Shown: positions 30,401 through 42,279, counted from the first letter of the stretch. The stretch: 64,000 nucleotides of DNA from Cyanidioschyzon merolae (GCA_000091205.1 AP006496.2); one strand, 5' to 3'. Notes: generated by a model from the sequence alone, not told the origin. Numbers and translations are program-made.

Positions 30401-32623
30401 ATGACGCAAGGAGTGAGCGTTGTCGGAGAGCGTGTTGCGATGGAGCCGCCAGCAACCGAGGCTGAGTTGCGGCTCCTCCCGGAGCTACTTGCAGTTCTCA
30501 AGGGCGCACCCAGTGAAGTTCTTCGGCATGAAGGAGAAACGTCTTTCTTTCAGGTCGCAAACTTGAGCCACGCAATTGATGACTCTGTCGTACACTTGGT
30601 GCGGTCGGTTGCCGAGGCTGGTTGGCTGTATGCTCACCGAATCCGGCCGTTTGTGCAGCCGCATCCACTCCCGGGATCGATGAAAGAGCGCTGGCGTGTC
30701 TGCAAGGATTCAACCCCTGCGCAAGAGAGTCGAACGCGAGCTGCTCTACGAAGTGCGCTCGTTGCAGAGCTCCAGCCCTACCATTTGACTTTGGATCAAG
30801 CGGAACGCATGCTTCTCCAGAATCGACTCTGTCTCCAGCAACTGGCAATGCTCATTGAGCCTCATCGTTGTACGCTGCTGCGTTGGTTAGCCATGATCGC
30901 TGAAGCTGCCGCTGAGGCAGCAAATACCGCAAACGATGCAGTTTCCATTCTGAACCTCGTGGGGAGGTTGCAGAACCATGGCGACCCCGCGGTCATTCAC
31001 ACCATGGGTCGAATCTTTTCCGAAGTTGTTCAGCCCTTACAAAGAATGGTGATTTCCTGGGTCGCGTACGGCGATCTCAAGGATGCGGGCTTCGAGTTTT
31101 TCATCCAGCTTGATGACCGAAAATTCCCTGCTTTGCACCCCGAATGCGTACCATATTGGATACCAAAACCGCTTGTAGAGCGTTTGTTCCACGCGGGACT
31201 CTCGCGGTTTCTCTGGGACAAATGGGCACAGTGCGCAACTTTCCAGAACGATGCGGTGCTTCTTGATTCGCAATACAGTCCGCCCGCAACGCTTGCCCGT
31301 ACCTCATCGTTCCTTGCATGGCTCGGATCGTTGTGCGCATCGGATGGACCTGGCAGCGGAGTCCCGGTTCGCTCGCTCTTTCTGGACCAATATCATCTCG
31401 TGCACCATCTGAGTATCCATCGCCATTTCGTGTTGCTCGAAGACGGCGATTTCGCCCTGCATTTGACAGAAAAGTTGGAGCCTGTCATGCTGCGTGCAAC
31501 CGCGAGTGTTGAACGCAGTGCCCTTCTGCAGGCACTGGTTGAAGCGCTGACGCACACTGGGCTGCATCGCGCGGGGCGAGCTGCCACAGAGCACCTGCTC
31601 GACCGCCTCGATGTGTATCTCGCGCGTCCCCAGACTCGCGATCAGGACTGTATCGCCAATGCGTTTACGCTTACCTATCTATTTCCGGATCCGATTGATT
31701 ACCTTATTCGGCAATGCCCCCATTTTGGAGAGTACAAGCGCCTCTACGGCGTTTTTTGGAAACTACGCCTTACCCAGTACCAGCTTGCTGTAGCGGCGCA
31801 CGAGCACAGCCGCCTCTATCAGGACCTCAAGCGCTGGGCGGCCCCAGGTCGTCGAATGCCGGCCCCAGCAGCGCATGACCGTGCCGGAAGCGCCGCCATT
31901 CGAACGCCGCTGGCGAACTGTGCACTCTTTCGTGCACATCTTCATCAATGCCTGCAAGCTGTTATCCAGTGTTTCTACCGGGATGTCGTGGACCCAGCCT
32001 GGCGTACCTGCGTTGCGAATCTACACGGCGAGCATGCCCAGGGCGCATCCTGGTGCACCCTCATCGAAGCGCTCGACGCCTACTTTGCCCAAGTGGTCCA
32101 CGAGCTGACGCCCGCCGACCAAAACACCACTGATAAGAAGCGCTCCAAGGTGCTGGCACCCGTCAACCATTTGGAATCCCCCGCGAATAACGCCACCGAA
32201 CGCGCTGGCGCTCGTCCGTCGCCCGGGAAGCCGCAGCAGGCCGTCAGCGCCGCCGCCGTTCCGCATTGCTGTCGCCCAGCGCCGTGTGGACTCGAGTCGT
32301 CGACCGCCGCCACAACACCGGCCATTGCATCGCTCTGTGTCATGATTCGGCAGTTTCTTGCACTGAATCAGGGCATCTGCCTGCGTCTGAATGGGTATGT
32401 GCGCTCGCTTGGCTACGCCGATCCAACATGCCCCAACGATGATCTCGCCTGCCTTGATGCCGCTTTACGACGACAGTTTCGTCAATGGCAGCGCGTTACC
32501 TGCCCAAAATGGCGAGCCGCTCTCGACGCAAGCCCCTCGGAGGCGCTTCGCCGCCTCGCAGCCGACGTGCCGTGCCCACCGGGGCCTTTGTGTGCGCTCG
32601 GACGCACCCCCGAGACGCCTTGA
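30401..32623 (+). CDS. Gamma-tubulin complex component (GCP / Spc97-Spc98 family). The start codon is uncertain; the ORF is open from 30311 across the (GT)n tract.
   Basis: ILNLVGRLQNHGDPAVIHTMGRIFSEVVQPLQRMVISWVAYGDLKDAGFEFFIQLD (GCP N-terminal GRIP1-like block) and HLSIHRHFVLLEDGDFALHLTEKLEP (GRIP2-like LxxGDF block). Confidence 0.55.
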   Translation: MTQGVSVVGERVAMEPPATEAELRLLPELLAVLKGAPSEVLRHEGETSFFQVANLSHAIDDSVVHLVRSVAEAGWLYAHRIRPFVQPHPLPGSMKERWRVCKDSTPAQESRTRAALRSALVAELQPYHLTLDQAERMLLQNRLCLQQLAMLIEPHRCTLLRWLAMIAEAAAEAANTANDAVSILNLVGRLQNHGDPAVIHTMGRIFSEVVQPLQRMVISWVAYGDLKDAGFEFFIQLDDRKFPALHPECVPYWIPKPLVERLFHAGLSRFLWDKWAQCATFQNDAVLLDSQYSPPATLARTSSFLAWLGSLCASDGPGSGVPVRSLFLDQYHLVHHLSIHRHFVLLEDGDFALHLTEKLEPVMLRATASVERSALLQALVEALTHTGLHRAGRAATEHLLDRLDVYLARPQTRDQDCIANAFTLTYLFPDPIDYLIRQCPHFGEYKRLYGVFWKLRLTQYQLAVAAHEHSRLYQDLKRWAAPGRRMPAPAAHDRAGSAAIRTPLANCALFRAHLHQCLQAVIQCFYRDVVDPAWRTCVANLHGEHAQGASWCTLIEALDAYFAQVVHELTPADQNTTDKKRSKVLAPVNHLESPANNATERAGARPSPGKPQQAVSAAAVPHCCRPAPCGLESSTAATTPAIASLCVMIRQFLALNQGICLRLNGYVRSLGYADPTCPNDDLACLDAALRRQFRQWQRVTCPKWRAALDASPSEALRRLAADVPCPPGPLCALGRTPETP

Positions 32624-32669
32624 TAGCGTCACCACACGCACATACGCACGCGCGCACCAAAGCATATCC

Positions 32670-35144
32670 TCAATTAGCGGGAAACGATCGCGAGTGAATG
32701 CTTTTCGTGCGTGCCGGAAACACCAGTCCAGTGCAGTCCGTGTGGAAGAGCGCGGCCAACATGCGCGCCCGTAAATCTGCCCACAGCATCGAAGGTACCG
32801 CCTTTTGCATCACCATATCCGTGAACTGCACGCATTCGTAGATGCGTGTTCCAAAGGTGCGGATGCGTGCGCGACGTACACGCATCCGCGCAGCATGCAT
32901 AAAGCGCAGCAGATCGCCGAGTTGACACGTGTGCGCGTACGCATGCAACGCCACGCAGGTGACCGCGCCGTCTCGCGCATTGCGCATGCAAATCGGATTC
33001 GCCACGGCGTCGAAGACGATGTTTCGTAAACGCGCTTTCCAGCGCTCAATGCCTGAATCAGCGGTGCCCGAGCTGCCGCCTTTGGTGTCCAGCATGTCGG
33101 CGCTTGCTAGAGCAGGCACTTGGAGCAGGAGCTCGGCAACAACGGCCTGGGGTGTGTCGGTAGCGCTGCTGGCTCCGAGGCGTTTCAGAGGCGGCCGTGT
33201 ATCGCGCGGGTCGGAGAGGCGCCCTCGAACAATGGTGCAACGGAGTGCGCGGAACGCTCTGATCAAGTCAAGGCCAATGCCGGGGCGTGAATGGGTGTGT
33301 ACGACAACGCGGAACTGCGTTGAGGTTTCATGTTCCACTGAGACACGGGGTATGTCCGGCGCAAACAGATAGCGTAGCGCATCGGCCAAGTGTTCTTGGT
33401 TCAGCGTGGTGCCGGCTATTTCGCTGTTGCTGACGGCAGCGATACCGGGAGGCGGTGCGCGCAGCGCAGCCGATGCCTCCGCAGCAGTGATCGTGTCGGG
33501 TGTTCGCGTCTCGGATGGCGACCATGCGCTTGATGCAAACGCCGAAGGCGAACGGAACGAAACCCCTGCTAGCTCCGCGCCTCGCATCACCTCCTGCTCT
33601 TCGGAAGAGGAGCGTGTTGTGTCGCTTTCCTGTAGTGTGTCATCAGACACCAGCGAAATGTCTCGCCCAGCTCCGACAGCGTCCGTCTTCAAGACTGGCA
33701 CTTTCTCGACTGGAATCCGAGCGACGGGCTCATCGGGCATGCGCATTCGAGCGCTCGTTTGGCGACGTTTTGTGACGAGCTCCGCCTCCGAGTCGCTGCG
33801 CACGGGTCCTGTTCGCTGCGCTGTCTGCTCGTTGCAGGCCTCGTGGCCCGCCATGGATAAAACCGATGCCTCCGATGCATGCCCCAGATCGCAGTGCTGA
33901 ACCTTCACCGCTGTCTGGCTAAAACTGCCGTTGGCGCCAGTGGTGGCCAAGCAGTAGCGGGGCGGTGACGCGCTCAAGCAAGTTGTTTCCGTACCAGAGC
34001 CGTCAGACGACCGGCGACAAGGATGCTCGACCCCGTATGGCGTCATGCGCTGCGTCCTAATCGAGCGTGTATCATCATATTCTGAGAACGACTCCAGATC
34101 AGAGACGCGCGGGATGTAGAGACTAATGCCCCTGCCGACGCCGGGCCCATCTTCCAGAGCGGCCACGACCACCGCCGTGTGCGGTGGATAGACTTCAACG
34201 GAGCACTCGGGGCCGGCCAGTTTTGTGCAAAGTGCACGTAAGCGATCCAGTCTCACACCAATCAAGTGGGCTATGTGGCTTGCAGAGCCCGTCAGGCCAA
34301 GCAGTAACGTCAATGGGACTCTGGCATTCAGAGCATCGGCCTGCGCTGCGGCCCACAGCTGCTGCGCCTGCACGAGGCATTCAGCACAGGGACAGGAAGG
34401 TGTTTCGGGAGTGACGACTCGACGATTATAGCCGCCCGCAATGATTTCAGCGCTGCGCACGACAAAGCCTTCCTGACCTAAATATTCTATGATTTGTTCA
34501 AGGGCGGTTGCTGTGCAGGCCGCGCTTCGCACGGTCACAACGCATTCACCCCGTCGTCGCCACTGGTCGATAAAGTGGACCCATGCGGTATCATCTCTGA
34601 CCTGAACGCCGGATGCGCTGCGGTCGTCATCGTCTTCGCCCGCAAAGTAGTCATCCAATAATACGTCGTCGAAACTGTCAGTACGATAGAGAGCTAGCCG
34701 TAACATTCGCTCAACCCCAGCACGTTGTTTGTGTATTTGGTATCCTCCAAAGACTTGTAACATGCCATGAGCGGTTTCATTTGGCTCAGGAGAGTGCTGC
34801 AGTGCCGCAGATTTCCACTCAAAGCCCTCAACTTCCAGCGAAATGTCCTCCAGAACGTGAATGATCCTACTGAGAAGCTCGTCAGCTGACCTATGGTGGC
34901 ACCGCAGACTCCATCGCCTCGCCTCCGAGTCAACTTCGATATACCATTGAGCTCGCTTGGTCCGGGCGAAGCTGTCCGCGCAAGCATACGCGAGCATCGA
35001 GTCACCGCTCGGTGACGGCGGGCACTCGGTATCGCTGGTTTCCGGCGAGACCGCTAAAGTCCTTGTCTGTCGGATCTGCCCAGCGCTCCATGTGGTCAGA
35101 ACGCCGCACTCCATCATCTTTTCGGTTCTCGACGGAGCACTCAT
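32670..35144 (-). CDS. Large protein with C-terminal ACT-like repeats; family otherwise not recognised
   Basis: 824-aa ORF. VVVHTHSRPGIGLDLIRAFRALRCTIVRGRL and VTCVALHAYAHTCQLGDLLRFMHAARMRVRRARIRTFGTRIYECVQFTD resemble ACT-domain signatures (DRPGLLxxI...I...A.I.T). Confidence 0.4.
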   Translation of the reverse strand: MSAPSRTEKMMECGVLTTWSAGQIRQTRTLAVSPETSDTECPPSPSGDSMLAYACADSFARTKRAQWYIEVDSEARRWSLRCHHRSADELLSRIIHVLEDISLEVEGFEWKSAALQHSPEPNETAHGMLQVFGGYQIHKQRAGVERMLRLALYRTDSFDDVLLDDYFAGEDDDDRSASGVQVRDDTAWVHFIDQWRRRGECVVTVRSAACTATALEQIIEYLGQEGFVVRSAEIIAGGYNRRVVTPETPSCPCAECLVQAQQLWAAAQADALNARVPLTLLLGLTGSASHIAHLIGVRLDRLRALCTKLAGPECSVEVYPPHTAVVVAALEDGPGVGRGISLYIPRVSDLESFSEYDDTRSIRTQRMTPYGVEHPCRRSSDGSGTETTCLSASPPRYCLATTGANGSFSQTAVKVQHCDLGHASEASVLSMAGHEACNEQTAQRTGPVRSDSEAELVTKRRQTSARMRMPDEPVARIPVEKVPVLKTDAVGAGRDISLVSDDTLQESDTTRSSSEEQEVMRGAELAGVSFRSPSAFASSAWSPSETRTPDTITAAEASAALRAPPPGIAAVSNSEIAGTTLNQEHLADALRYLFAPDIPRVSVEHETSTQFRVVVHTHSRPGIGLDLIRAFRALRCTIVRGRLSDPRDTRPPLKRLGASSATDTPQAVVAELLLQVPALASADMLDTKGGSSGTADSGIERWKARLRNIVFDAVANPICMRNARDGAVTCVALHAYAHTCQLGDLLRFMHAARMRVRRARIRTFGTRIYECVQFTDMVMQKAVPSMLWADLRARMLAALFHTDCTGLVFPARTKSIHSRSFPAN

Positions 35145-36478
35145 GGGTTTTCACCGTGTACTCCGCGAATAATTGTGGGCGTATCCGCTCTCAATGTGTG
35201 TCGTTCTCTGCGGAGTCGCAGAACGTGACCCAGGAGCTTCCAGTCCCTGGACGGACAGACAAAACGCTTGTTCGCGCTCCCTTGCAGAGCGAAATTTCAA
35301 GGGAGGTGAGCGGGCAAACGCAGTCGTGTTGCGGTCAGCGTTATAGCAGTAGCCGCTGGGATCACCAGAGGTTGCCCTCTGGTACGTTCAGCGTCGCGCG
35401 CTCGCAACAGTGTAACAAATTGCGTTGCTCTCGGGGTTGTGCAGCAGCACTAGTTCCACCCTTGCAACCTTAAACCAAGATTTGCAGCGAAATAGCTTCA
35501 ACCGATAGAGATCTACCAACAACGTGAGCGTCTCTCAAGCGTCTAAACACCAGATGAGCGTGCACTGCCAGCCTCAGGGGAACGCCACGAAGCGCCGCAA
35601 ACGTCGTTGACCTGCCTATCCAGAGACCACCACTACAACGACTACTACTACGCTTGGAGTTTCTGCGGCCTGATGCCTGCAGAATATCAGCCCAGCTTAT
35701 CACAAAGACGAAACGCCCGGGAGCGTACCCCGAGTTGCACGGAAACTGTAAGCTTCGACGCCTGGCCTCAATTGCTCTTCGAGGCGCCAGCGATGCCTTC
35801 GATGGAAGCCAGTCGCCCAGCCAAATGAAAGGAGGATCAGGTAACGGCCCCGCGAATTGAAGTCGAGCTGCGGTGGCGGCGGGCTAGCAAACCGCCTCCG
35901 TTTGCGCGCTGTTGACAGGGGCTCCGTTCTTTCATCGGTCACGTAGTATCAAATTAGCTATTTATATATTTAGTTTCCAATTATTGTACATCGATGATCC
36001 GACACCGCGCGATCGCTTATAGCGAGCGTTCCCCTAAGGGTATGCTGTGCATAGCGCTGTGCCTATCGCACACGCAGCGATTGACGTGCTGTTATAGTGC
36101 GGACGTCCCGCAGCTGTACGATCGCCATGGCTGAAGGGTCGCTGGTGTAAACGTGACAAAACGGCAGTTTTCTTTATACGAGGCCGGCGTATTGCCCTGA
36201 TCGCGTCATTCCCGCAATGCCATTCATTTTTCCCTTGGTTTGGTTCCGAGGTATAGGACAAACCGAGTCTGGGCCATAAAACGTCATGATTGTTCGCGAG
36301 CGTGCATATCGAACGACTGACTACCTGCCGCATACGCGTCTTTTATGTCTCACGGATCGATCACGAAGACGTACGGCATTATCGAACACGACATAGTTGA
36401 CAATCATGCGGGGGTGTTGATAGCGGTGTGTTCAGTTGCAGCGCACGTTTCCGCTCGGGCTTCATCCCGCCTGGGCAT

Positions 36479-36500
36479 TGTGTGTGTGTGTGTGTTTGTG
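36479..36500. repeat. (TG)n microsatellite
   Basis: tgtgtgtgtgtgtgtttgtg. Confidence 0.9.
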
Positions 36501-37245
36501 CAAACGCAGACAACGATGCTGTCGCTCGGACCTGCCTCGTCAGCTTTGTGTGCCGCAGTGAATGATTTTCGACGACAAGCCCCGTCACCGATGTGGCTCA
36601 GATGCGCGCATGCGAAGCGAATCGCAGCTTCTTCGTGCCCTCGTTCGCGCTGTTCTTTTCCTTCATTCGAAGCAGCGCCATTGTGCTGGGTGATCGCGAC
36701 GCCGCAAACGCGCCGACCGACCATCCGCGTAAAGTGCACGCGCCGCTAATGCCGATCGCCAAGAGCGTCAGGTCCTTGGTTCCTATCCTGGCCGGGCAAA
36801 ACGCAGATATCTGTGCTTCGCTTGCAGTGAGTCGAGCACTGCACCTAACGTACGTCCTCGTCCAGAAAACCGCAGACAAGGAGAGCGCGCGCACACGTCA
36901 AACTTTAGTCGGCTTCGCTTCCCGCAGATGCGATCCTGCAAGCCGGGGCGCCCACGACTGCGATTCCATCGCCTCACACCTGAGACGGATATTCCGCAGC
37001 TTGTCAACGCTGCAAGGCCATGCGTAACCCGTCTGCTCGGGTCGGCGCTATGTTTCAAGATCGTTTGCGTGTGCTAGTGCAAAAATGCAGGGATTCGCCC
37101 TGACGATACTTCTGTACAAGTTTGGAGAAATCTCCAAAGACCCTAGGCCCTGACCAGGAACGCTCCTTGGCGTCGGGCACCGAGTTCCCATTGGAAGCTC
37201 TCTTGATAGCGCGGGGGCTCGTCGACCTTCAAGGTCACAAACAGG

Positions 37246-37956
37246 TTACGTCGGCAGATCCGCCGGCTCGATGCTATCAAAATCAGGTAAGGTCCATGGG
37301 TTCGGGGCAGCGGTCTGCGCTTCTCCCAGAACGGGCTGCGTGCCATGCGTCGCTGGCCCGTTACCCGCACTTGTCGACTCCGTCGCTGCCGATGAAAAAA
37401 CGGCGGGTTTTGCAGACCTCAACTGCCGAACTTCTGTGCGCAAGTCGCGCAGCTGTTCTTGCGTGTCTCGCCATTGTTGCTGGGCTTGATCGCTCATCGT
37501 GCGAATCGTCGCGCTCAGGTCTTCAATGGACTGGCGCAACTGCCGCAGTTCTCTGCGAAGCACACTTGCTTCACTCGCTGGTTTTTTGGCAGCTTTATTT
37601 TGTTGAGGAAAGTACGCAGGTACGACATACTTTCGCAGAAACTCCCGAAGCACCGAGATAGCGCCAACTGTGAGCGCGAGGCGCCAGGCCCACGTCCAAG
37701 CTCCGGGTACTGCGCGCTTTGACTGCACACCAACACCCACTGCAGCTGGTGGAACGTAGCCGTTCCCCAGCGACAAATCCAAAGGAGGCGGCGGTTTCGA
37801 TTCCTCACCGAACTTGTTACCCGCCCGTCTCCAGGCTTCAGCGAGCTCCTCCTCCGTGTAACCCTTGGCGCGGAGGAACTGCGCAGCCTGAACGGGGTCT
37901 TTCACAACGTCGTTTTGCAGAAACTCCACAGCCCGTTGGACCCAGTCCTCACGCAT
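37246..37956 (-). CDS. PEX14: Peroxin-14 (PEX14), peroxisomal membrane docking protein
   Basis: MREDWVQRAVEFLQNDVVKDPVQAAQFLRAKGYTEEELAEAWRRAG matches the conserved PEX14 N-domain REDLVQSAVSFLQDPxV...FLKKKGLTxEEIDxAFQxxG. A TM segment and a coiled-coil follow. Confidence 0.75.
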   Translation of the reverse strand: MREDWVQRAVEFLQNDVVKDPVQAAQFLRAKGYTEEELAEAWRRAGNKFGEESKPPPPLDLSLGNGYVPPAAVGVGVQSKRAVPGAWTWAWRLALTVGAISVLREFLRKYVVPAYFPQQNKAAKKPASEASVLRRELRQLRQSIEDLSATIRTMSDQAQQQWRDTQEQLRDLRTEVRQLRSAKPAVFSSAATESTSAGNGPATHGTQPVLGEAQTAAPNPWTLPDFDSIEPADLPT

Positions 37957-37975
37957 AACGTAAAACTATAGCCCG

Positions 37976-38527
37976 GTGCAGCGGCCGAAGCCGACTGCTC
38001 GCCTCGCAACCATAAACGCTTCCTACGAAATGCAGGCGAGTGCGCTGTGCGACGCGATCGCGATCGGGAGCAGCAGGTGCGAAACAAAATGGATTATATC
38101 AGACATAATAGACATCAGTGGGATACACGCGTTCCTGAGAGGGAACGCGCCTGTGCAGTGCGGCGCGGGCATGCAATGCATCCGCGAGCCGCGCGATCTG
38201 CGCACCCCGCTGCTGGACGACGGGCACCAGCGTGTCGAACGCAGAAGCAGGTGTACGGACGAGACGATTTTTCGGCCGTACGCTATGGAGGAGCGACTTA
38301 GCGATGAACTGATAGGCAGGGCGGCGATACAGCGGATAAAGCGCGATGGAGCACGATCAATTCGGCTCTATGAACGAGAGCAGGAAATAAAAAAGTTGCA
38401 AGATGAACTGCGCGAGTGTTCACGGCGAGCTGGACTCGAGCGTTTCTCCGAGTGCCGGAGCCTCGTACAAGAGCTGATCAAGATTTTTGAGGAGCCTTGG
38501 TACGGTGCGTTCTCGAAAAACGACTGA
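37976..38527 (+). CDS. Hypothetical small protein. The real start is probably internal (e.g. MEERLSDE... near 38280), because the annotated ATG is only 19 bp from the divergent PEX14 ATG.
   Basis: ORF only; coiled-coil-like tail IRLYEREQEIKKLQDELRE...LVQELIKIFEEPWYG. Confidence 0.25.
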   Translation: MQRPKPTARLATINASYEMQASALCDAIAIGSSRCETKWIISDIIDISGIHAFLRGNAPVQCGAGMQCIREPRDLRTPLLDDGHQRVERRSRCTDETIFRPYAMEERLSDELIGRAAIQRIKRDGARSIRLYEREQEIKKLQDELRECSRRAGLERFSECRSLVQELIKIFEEPWYGAFSKND

Positions 38528-39944
38528 GGTGGTCTCCGAGACGGGTAATGATCATCCTGGGGCCGCGCGCCTCACTCACAAGCGACCCTGTGGACGGGAG
38601 TTGCAGCGGGAGTCCGAACTGCCAGGACCGTGTGCACGTGGACTGCCGCAGCGCCCGCGACCAAGGCGAGCTGGCCTCTACATCAGCGATCGCTGGTGCC
38701 GTCAACAAATTGGGAACTCTCTGAGAGGTTTTGCAGGTGCCGCGCTGGCTTTGGTTGCAAAGCCCGCGACGCCTGTGCGACCTGCACACGCCACACAGGT
38801 CCAGTGGGGTCGGTGCAGCGGCCCGCCTCCACCGGAACAAGCACTTTTGATACCTTTCGCAGTCGATCTTTTGCGTATAAGATGAGAGGCCTCGGACGCA
38901 ATTGTTATCGGCGGATTCATGTTTTCGATCTGCATGCGTGGCGGCAGAAGAATATCGTCGGGGATTTGTGCGAGAATCGTCGCTGCGACGCTCTGGTTGC
39001 CGGGGATCCTCTTCAGTCTGGTGAAGAGGACGCAGACATGATGCTTTTGCAGGCGTCGTTGCGAGGCCTGCACACACACCGTAATTTTTTGACGGCATGC
39101 CCCGCGTTTTACACAGGGCTCAGGGACACTCGCCTCTGGACTTGTTGCTCGTTACGATAATGATGTTGATGATGATGATGGGGTTTTTGGGTTGCAGTCC
39201 CGCCATTTACAGAGCGGAGCATGCTCTGTACTGAATGTTTGCGGCAACTTGGGACATTCGGTTTCCGCGTATCGACACGATAAACTTTGCGTCCAAAGAA
39301 GAGATTCGGAGAGCCTTTACCTGGATGTCGTACAATGCCGAGAAATCATATCGGGGACGAACTTTGCACGACTGCAGGCATGCAGGCCGCGCAAACACTG
39401 ACAGAACCGCTCCATACGCGGTTTTATACGCGAGGTAACAGGATAGAAAGACTGAGTATTCGGTGGTAAGCTGCACGTCAGGATAAAGCTTGTGCTTCCT
39501 TGATAGATCGCTGAGCAGTTACGGTGTATGCAGGCACGACATCAGCTGCTGGATGATCTCATGCACAGCGAGCTCTGAACCATAGAGTTTAAAGAGAAAG
39601 CGCGAAACTAGCGGCGCGATGTGAATCTGTTGCTCGGGAAAGACTCTCCAACTTGCCGCCTACGGATGCACTCGTGGCTAGCTCAGCGTATTCACTGAGA
39701 GTTTAGTCACTGTAACACCAGACATAATCACGGTCCGGATGCGATCTCCAGACGCGCTCAAAATCTACGAATAAAGTCTGCAAGGAAAGATGCGCACTTT
39801 TGGAGGCGACAGCGGTGGTGATCATAAATCTTCAAGCGCTCTTGCATCCGGACATGCGCACCCGATCAAATACTCGGTAATATCGAATCATGGAACAGCA
39901 TCAGCGTCGCTGAATCCCCAGGAAAATCGTTATCACGGAATATA

Positions 39945-41925
39945 TGTGGCGTTCCAGCCTCGCTCGACAGCTGACCAGTACCATACCAGTGTCTTGGCGC
40001 AGGCGAGGATCCGAATCTTCCCCCTGTTTCCTAACGTCTTTATTGCATCCGAACTCCACAGCGTTGCAGCGCAGCGTCTGCATCAGTAAGAGTCGATTCC
40101 CTGGCAAGCTCGCTCGACGTAAAGCCGGTGGACGATCTGGAAGCACGAGATATTGCCTGAGGTTGATCGAGGGGTTCAAGTCTCGATGCAGTATGGACGG
40201 GTATGTGTGTGTACTTGCTGCTGGCGTCACGACGCAGCGAGCCTCACGCCTTTGATTGCCGCTGCATCTCATGGTCGAGCGGCTTACCGTACGCCATCTC
40301 GTGCGTCTGTCTCTGTTTCGCTCTCTGATTCTCTACCGGATTCGACACGCGCCCGTGCTCATGACACGTGTATGTCGTCCTGAACACATCGGCGGGCATC
40401 GTGCAGCGCGCATTTCTGTATTTACTTCTGTATTTCGGCATGCTCATTGCATGAGCAGGCGTCCAGCATTTCTGCGTTATAGCGCGCCCTGCTCCATGGG
40501 TTACCTATCAAAGAAAACTGAGCAGCTTCATCTGCTTCGCATTGAGGCCTTCGGCTCCGTCCCCGCGCTCTAGACGCACAGCGAAGGCCATGGCGCTATC
40601 TGACCTGGGAATCACGCGCACAGCGAAGCCTTTCCCCGCATCTAGCTTGAACAGTTGGAAATGCGTCGCGCTGCCCGAAAGGATACTTTTCGGCACCTGC
40701 GCTGTCGAGGTCCCGATCAAGGACGTGGTGCGTCGACCTTTCAAGGTATTCTGCGGACTGTGGGTGCGAGTCTCTGACCCGAAGATCAGGCCGTGTTGCG
40801 GGTTTTGTACCGGGCTTCATTCACGCTGTCCCTCGGGGCGGGTTCAGCCGTAAAAAGCGCAGAGCAATGTGGACAGCTGGCAGCCCTGCGCCCGCAACAC
40901 GTACGCATTGTTGGTGAACGAGCTGCGTCACAGCGCGCGAAACTGAGAGAGTCCTCATCGAGTGCGAAGCAACGCGACGCCAATTGGCGACCTGTATCTC
41001 GCTTTACTGAATATTCTCCCTGCTGACGTGTCTTAGCAGGGAGGCGTCGAGAGTGGTTCCGGCGTCATGCGCCCGATCCGTGAGCTTTTCCTTCCTGTCC
41101 CTGTACATCCTCTTCGTCTGAGGGATCCTCCTGCTCGTGGCGGAGCGGCCTCTTCGCCTTTGCGTCCGCTCGGCTGCGCGCGCCTTGAGCGCTTTCGAGT
41201 AAGGGGGCGCATCGTACCCAACGATCAACCCAGAAGAATGCGTGATAGAGACGCAACGGAGCGCTTCGACGGAGTATGAGGTGCTGAACGAAGCCGTCTG
41301 CTGGGCGATCACTAGGTGGCTCTGCAATGAAGTTGCCTCTGGGCCTGATGGTGTCGGAATGCTCGCTTATCTGTGCTTTGGGATCCGTCGTTCGCGCCTC
41401 GTTGGGTACCCTTGTGCGGGTCCACCATCGCTCCCGAACAAGTCCCTTTGTGGCGTAATCCGGAAACCGAGCACCTCATGTGAGAATCATTGGCGCCGCA
41501 GTGCGAAATCGATAAATTGTGTCGTTCAGCACGAAACAGTCTCCCATACAAGTGCATTCCCTTCTGTATCCGTCTGTGTCTCTTTGGTGCCGCTCGTACC
41601 GACGGTACGGCATCATCACAGTCGATGACTGCTTCCGTGGAATTCCGTATCGAAGAAATGGAGTGGCGTAAATTGACGAGGAGACACACTGATCAACACA
41701 GGGTTTGGTACCGTCCGCATTGAGTGCGAATCGTTCATCATGCAGAATACGAGTGGGTAGCTTCATCCAGCCGCTGACCCTGGACTGACTGACTTGTCCA
41801 AGTAAGGCTGTTTTCTCGTGAACTACCGGTGACAACACCTTGTGTTTCCTGTTCCTGTCTCCATTCTGCAGGATACCCTCCGTTTTCTTGAATGCGTGTG
41901 AGAGATGTAGAGAAAAAGAACGTGC
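39945..41925 (-). mobile_element. Copy 2 of the ~2-kb Fanzor-relic repeat family (full-length relative to copy 1)
   Basis: The predicted ORF fragments are identical or near-identical to copy 3, and about 97% identical to copy 1. Confidence 0.8.
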
Positions 41926-42279
41926 TGATATAGCGACTGCATACGCGATCTGCGTAGGCAGCGATGCCCTGATGCCCCTGTCCGTAAAGATCCTAAATAT
42001 CGAAGATCTAAACACACCCCTGAGGCTCTGCAGCACAGGCCAGCGGGAGAACGTGTACTCCGGTGCGCGCGGAGACTGCCAGCCAGCTGGACGCAGCGTT
42101 GTTCGCGTCCCTTAGCTGAGCACGACTAGCGGGGCTCAAAGGTCCCCTTTTCTGACGCAAGCGCTTGGGGTTGTTGCTCTGGCACCAGTGCGCATAAGGC
42201 CCTGTGCGAAGCAAGCAACACTGTTGAAGGGCGAGCAGCGAACGACGACGCATACGCGACGGTTTCGCTCAAGATACTC

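Noticed and set aside
38478-39160. Cluster of mutually overlapping ORFs (38478-39098 -, 38630-39160 +, 38702-39079 -), one with CxxC-like pairs
   Set aside because: I could not assign any of them to a known zinc-ribbon family (MsrB and Yippee were checked by motif and do not fit), and they overlap each other. They are left unannotated, not called.
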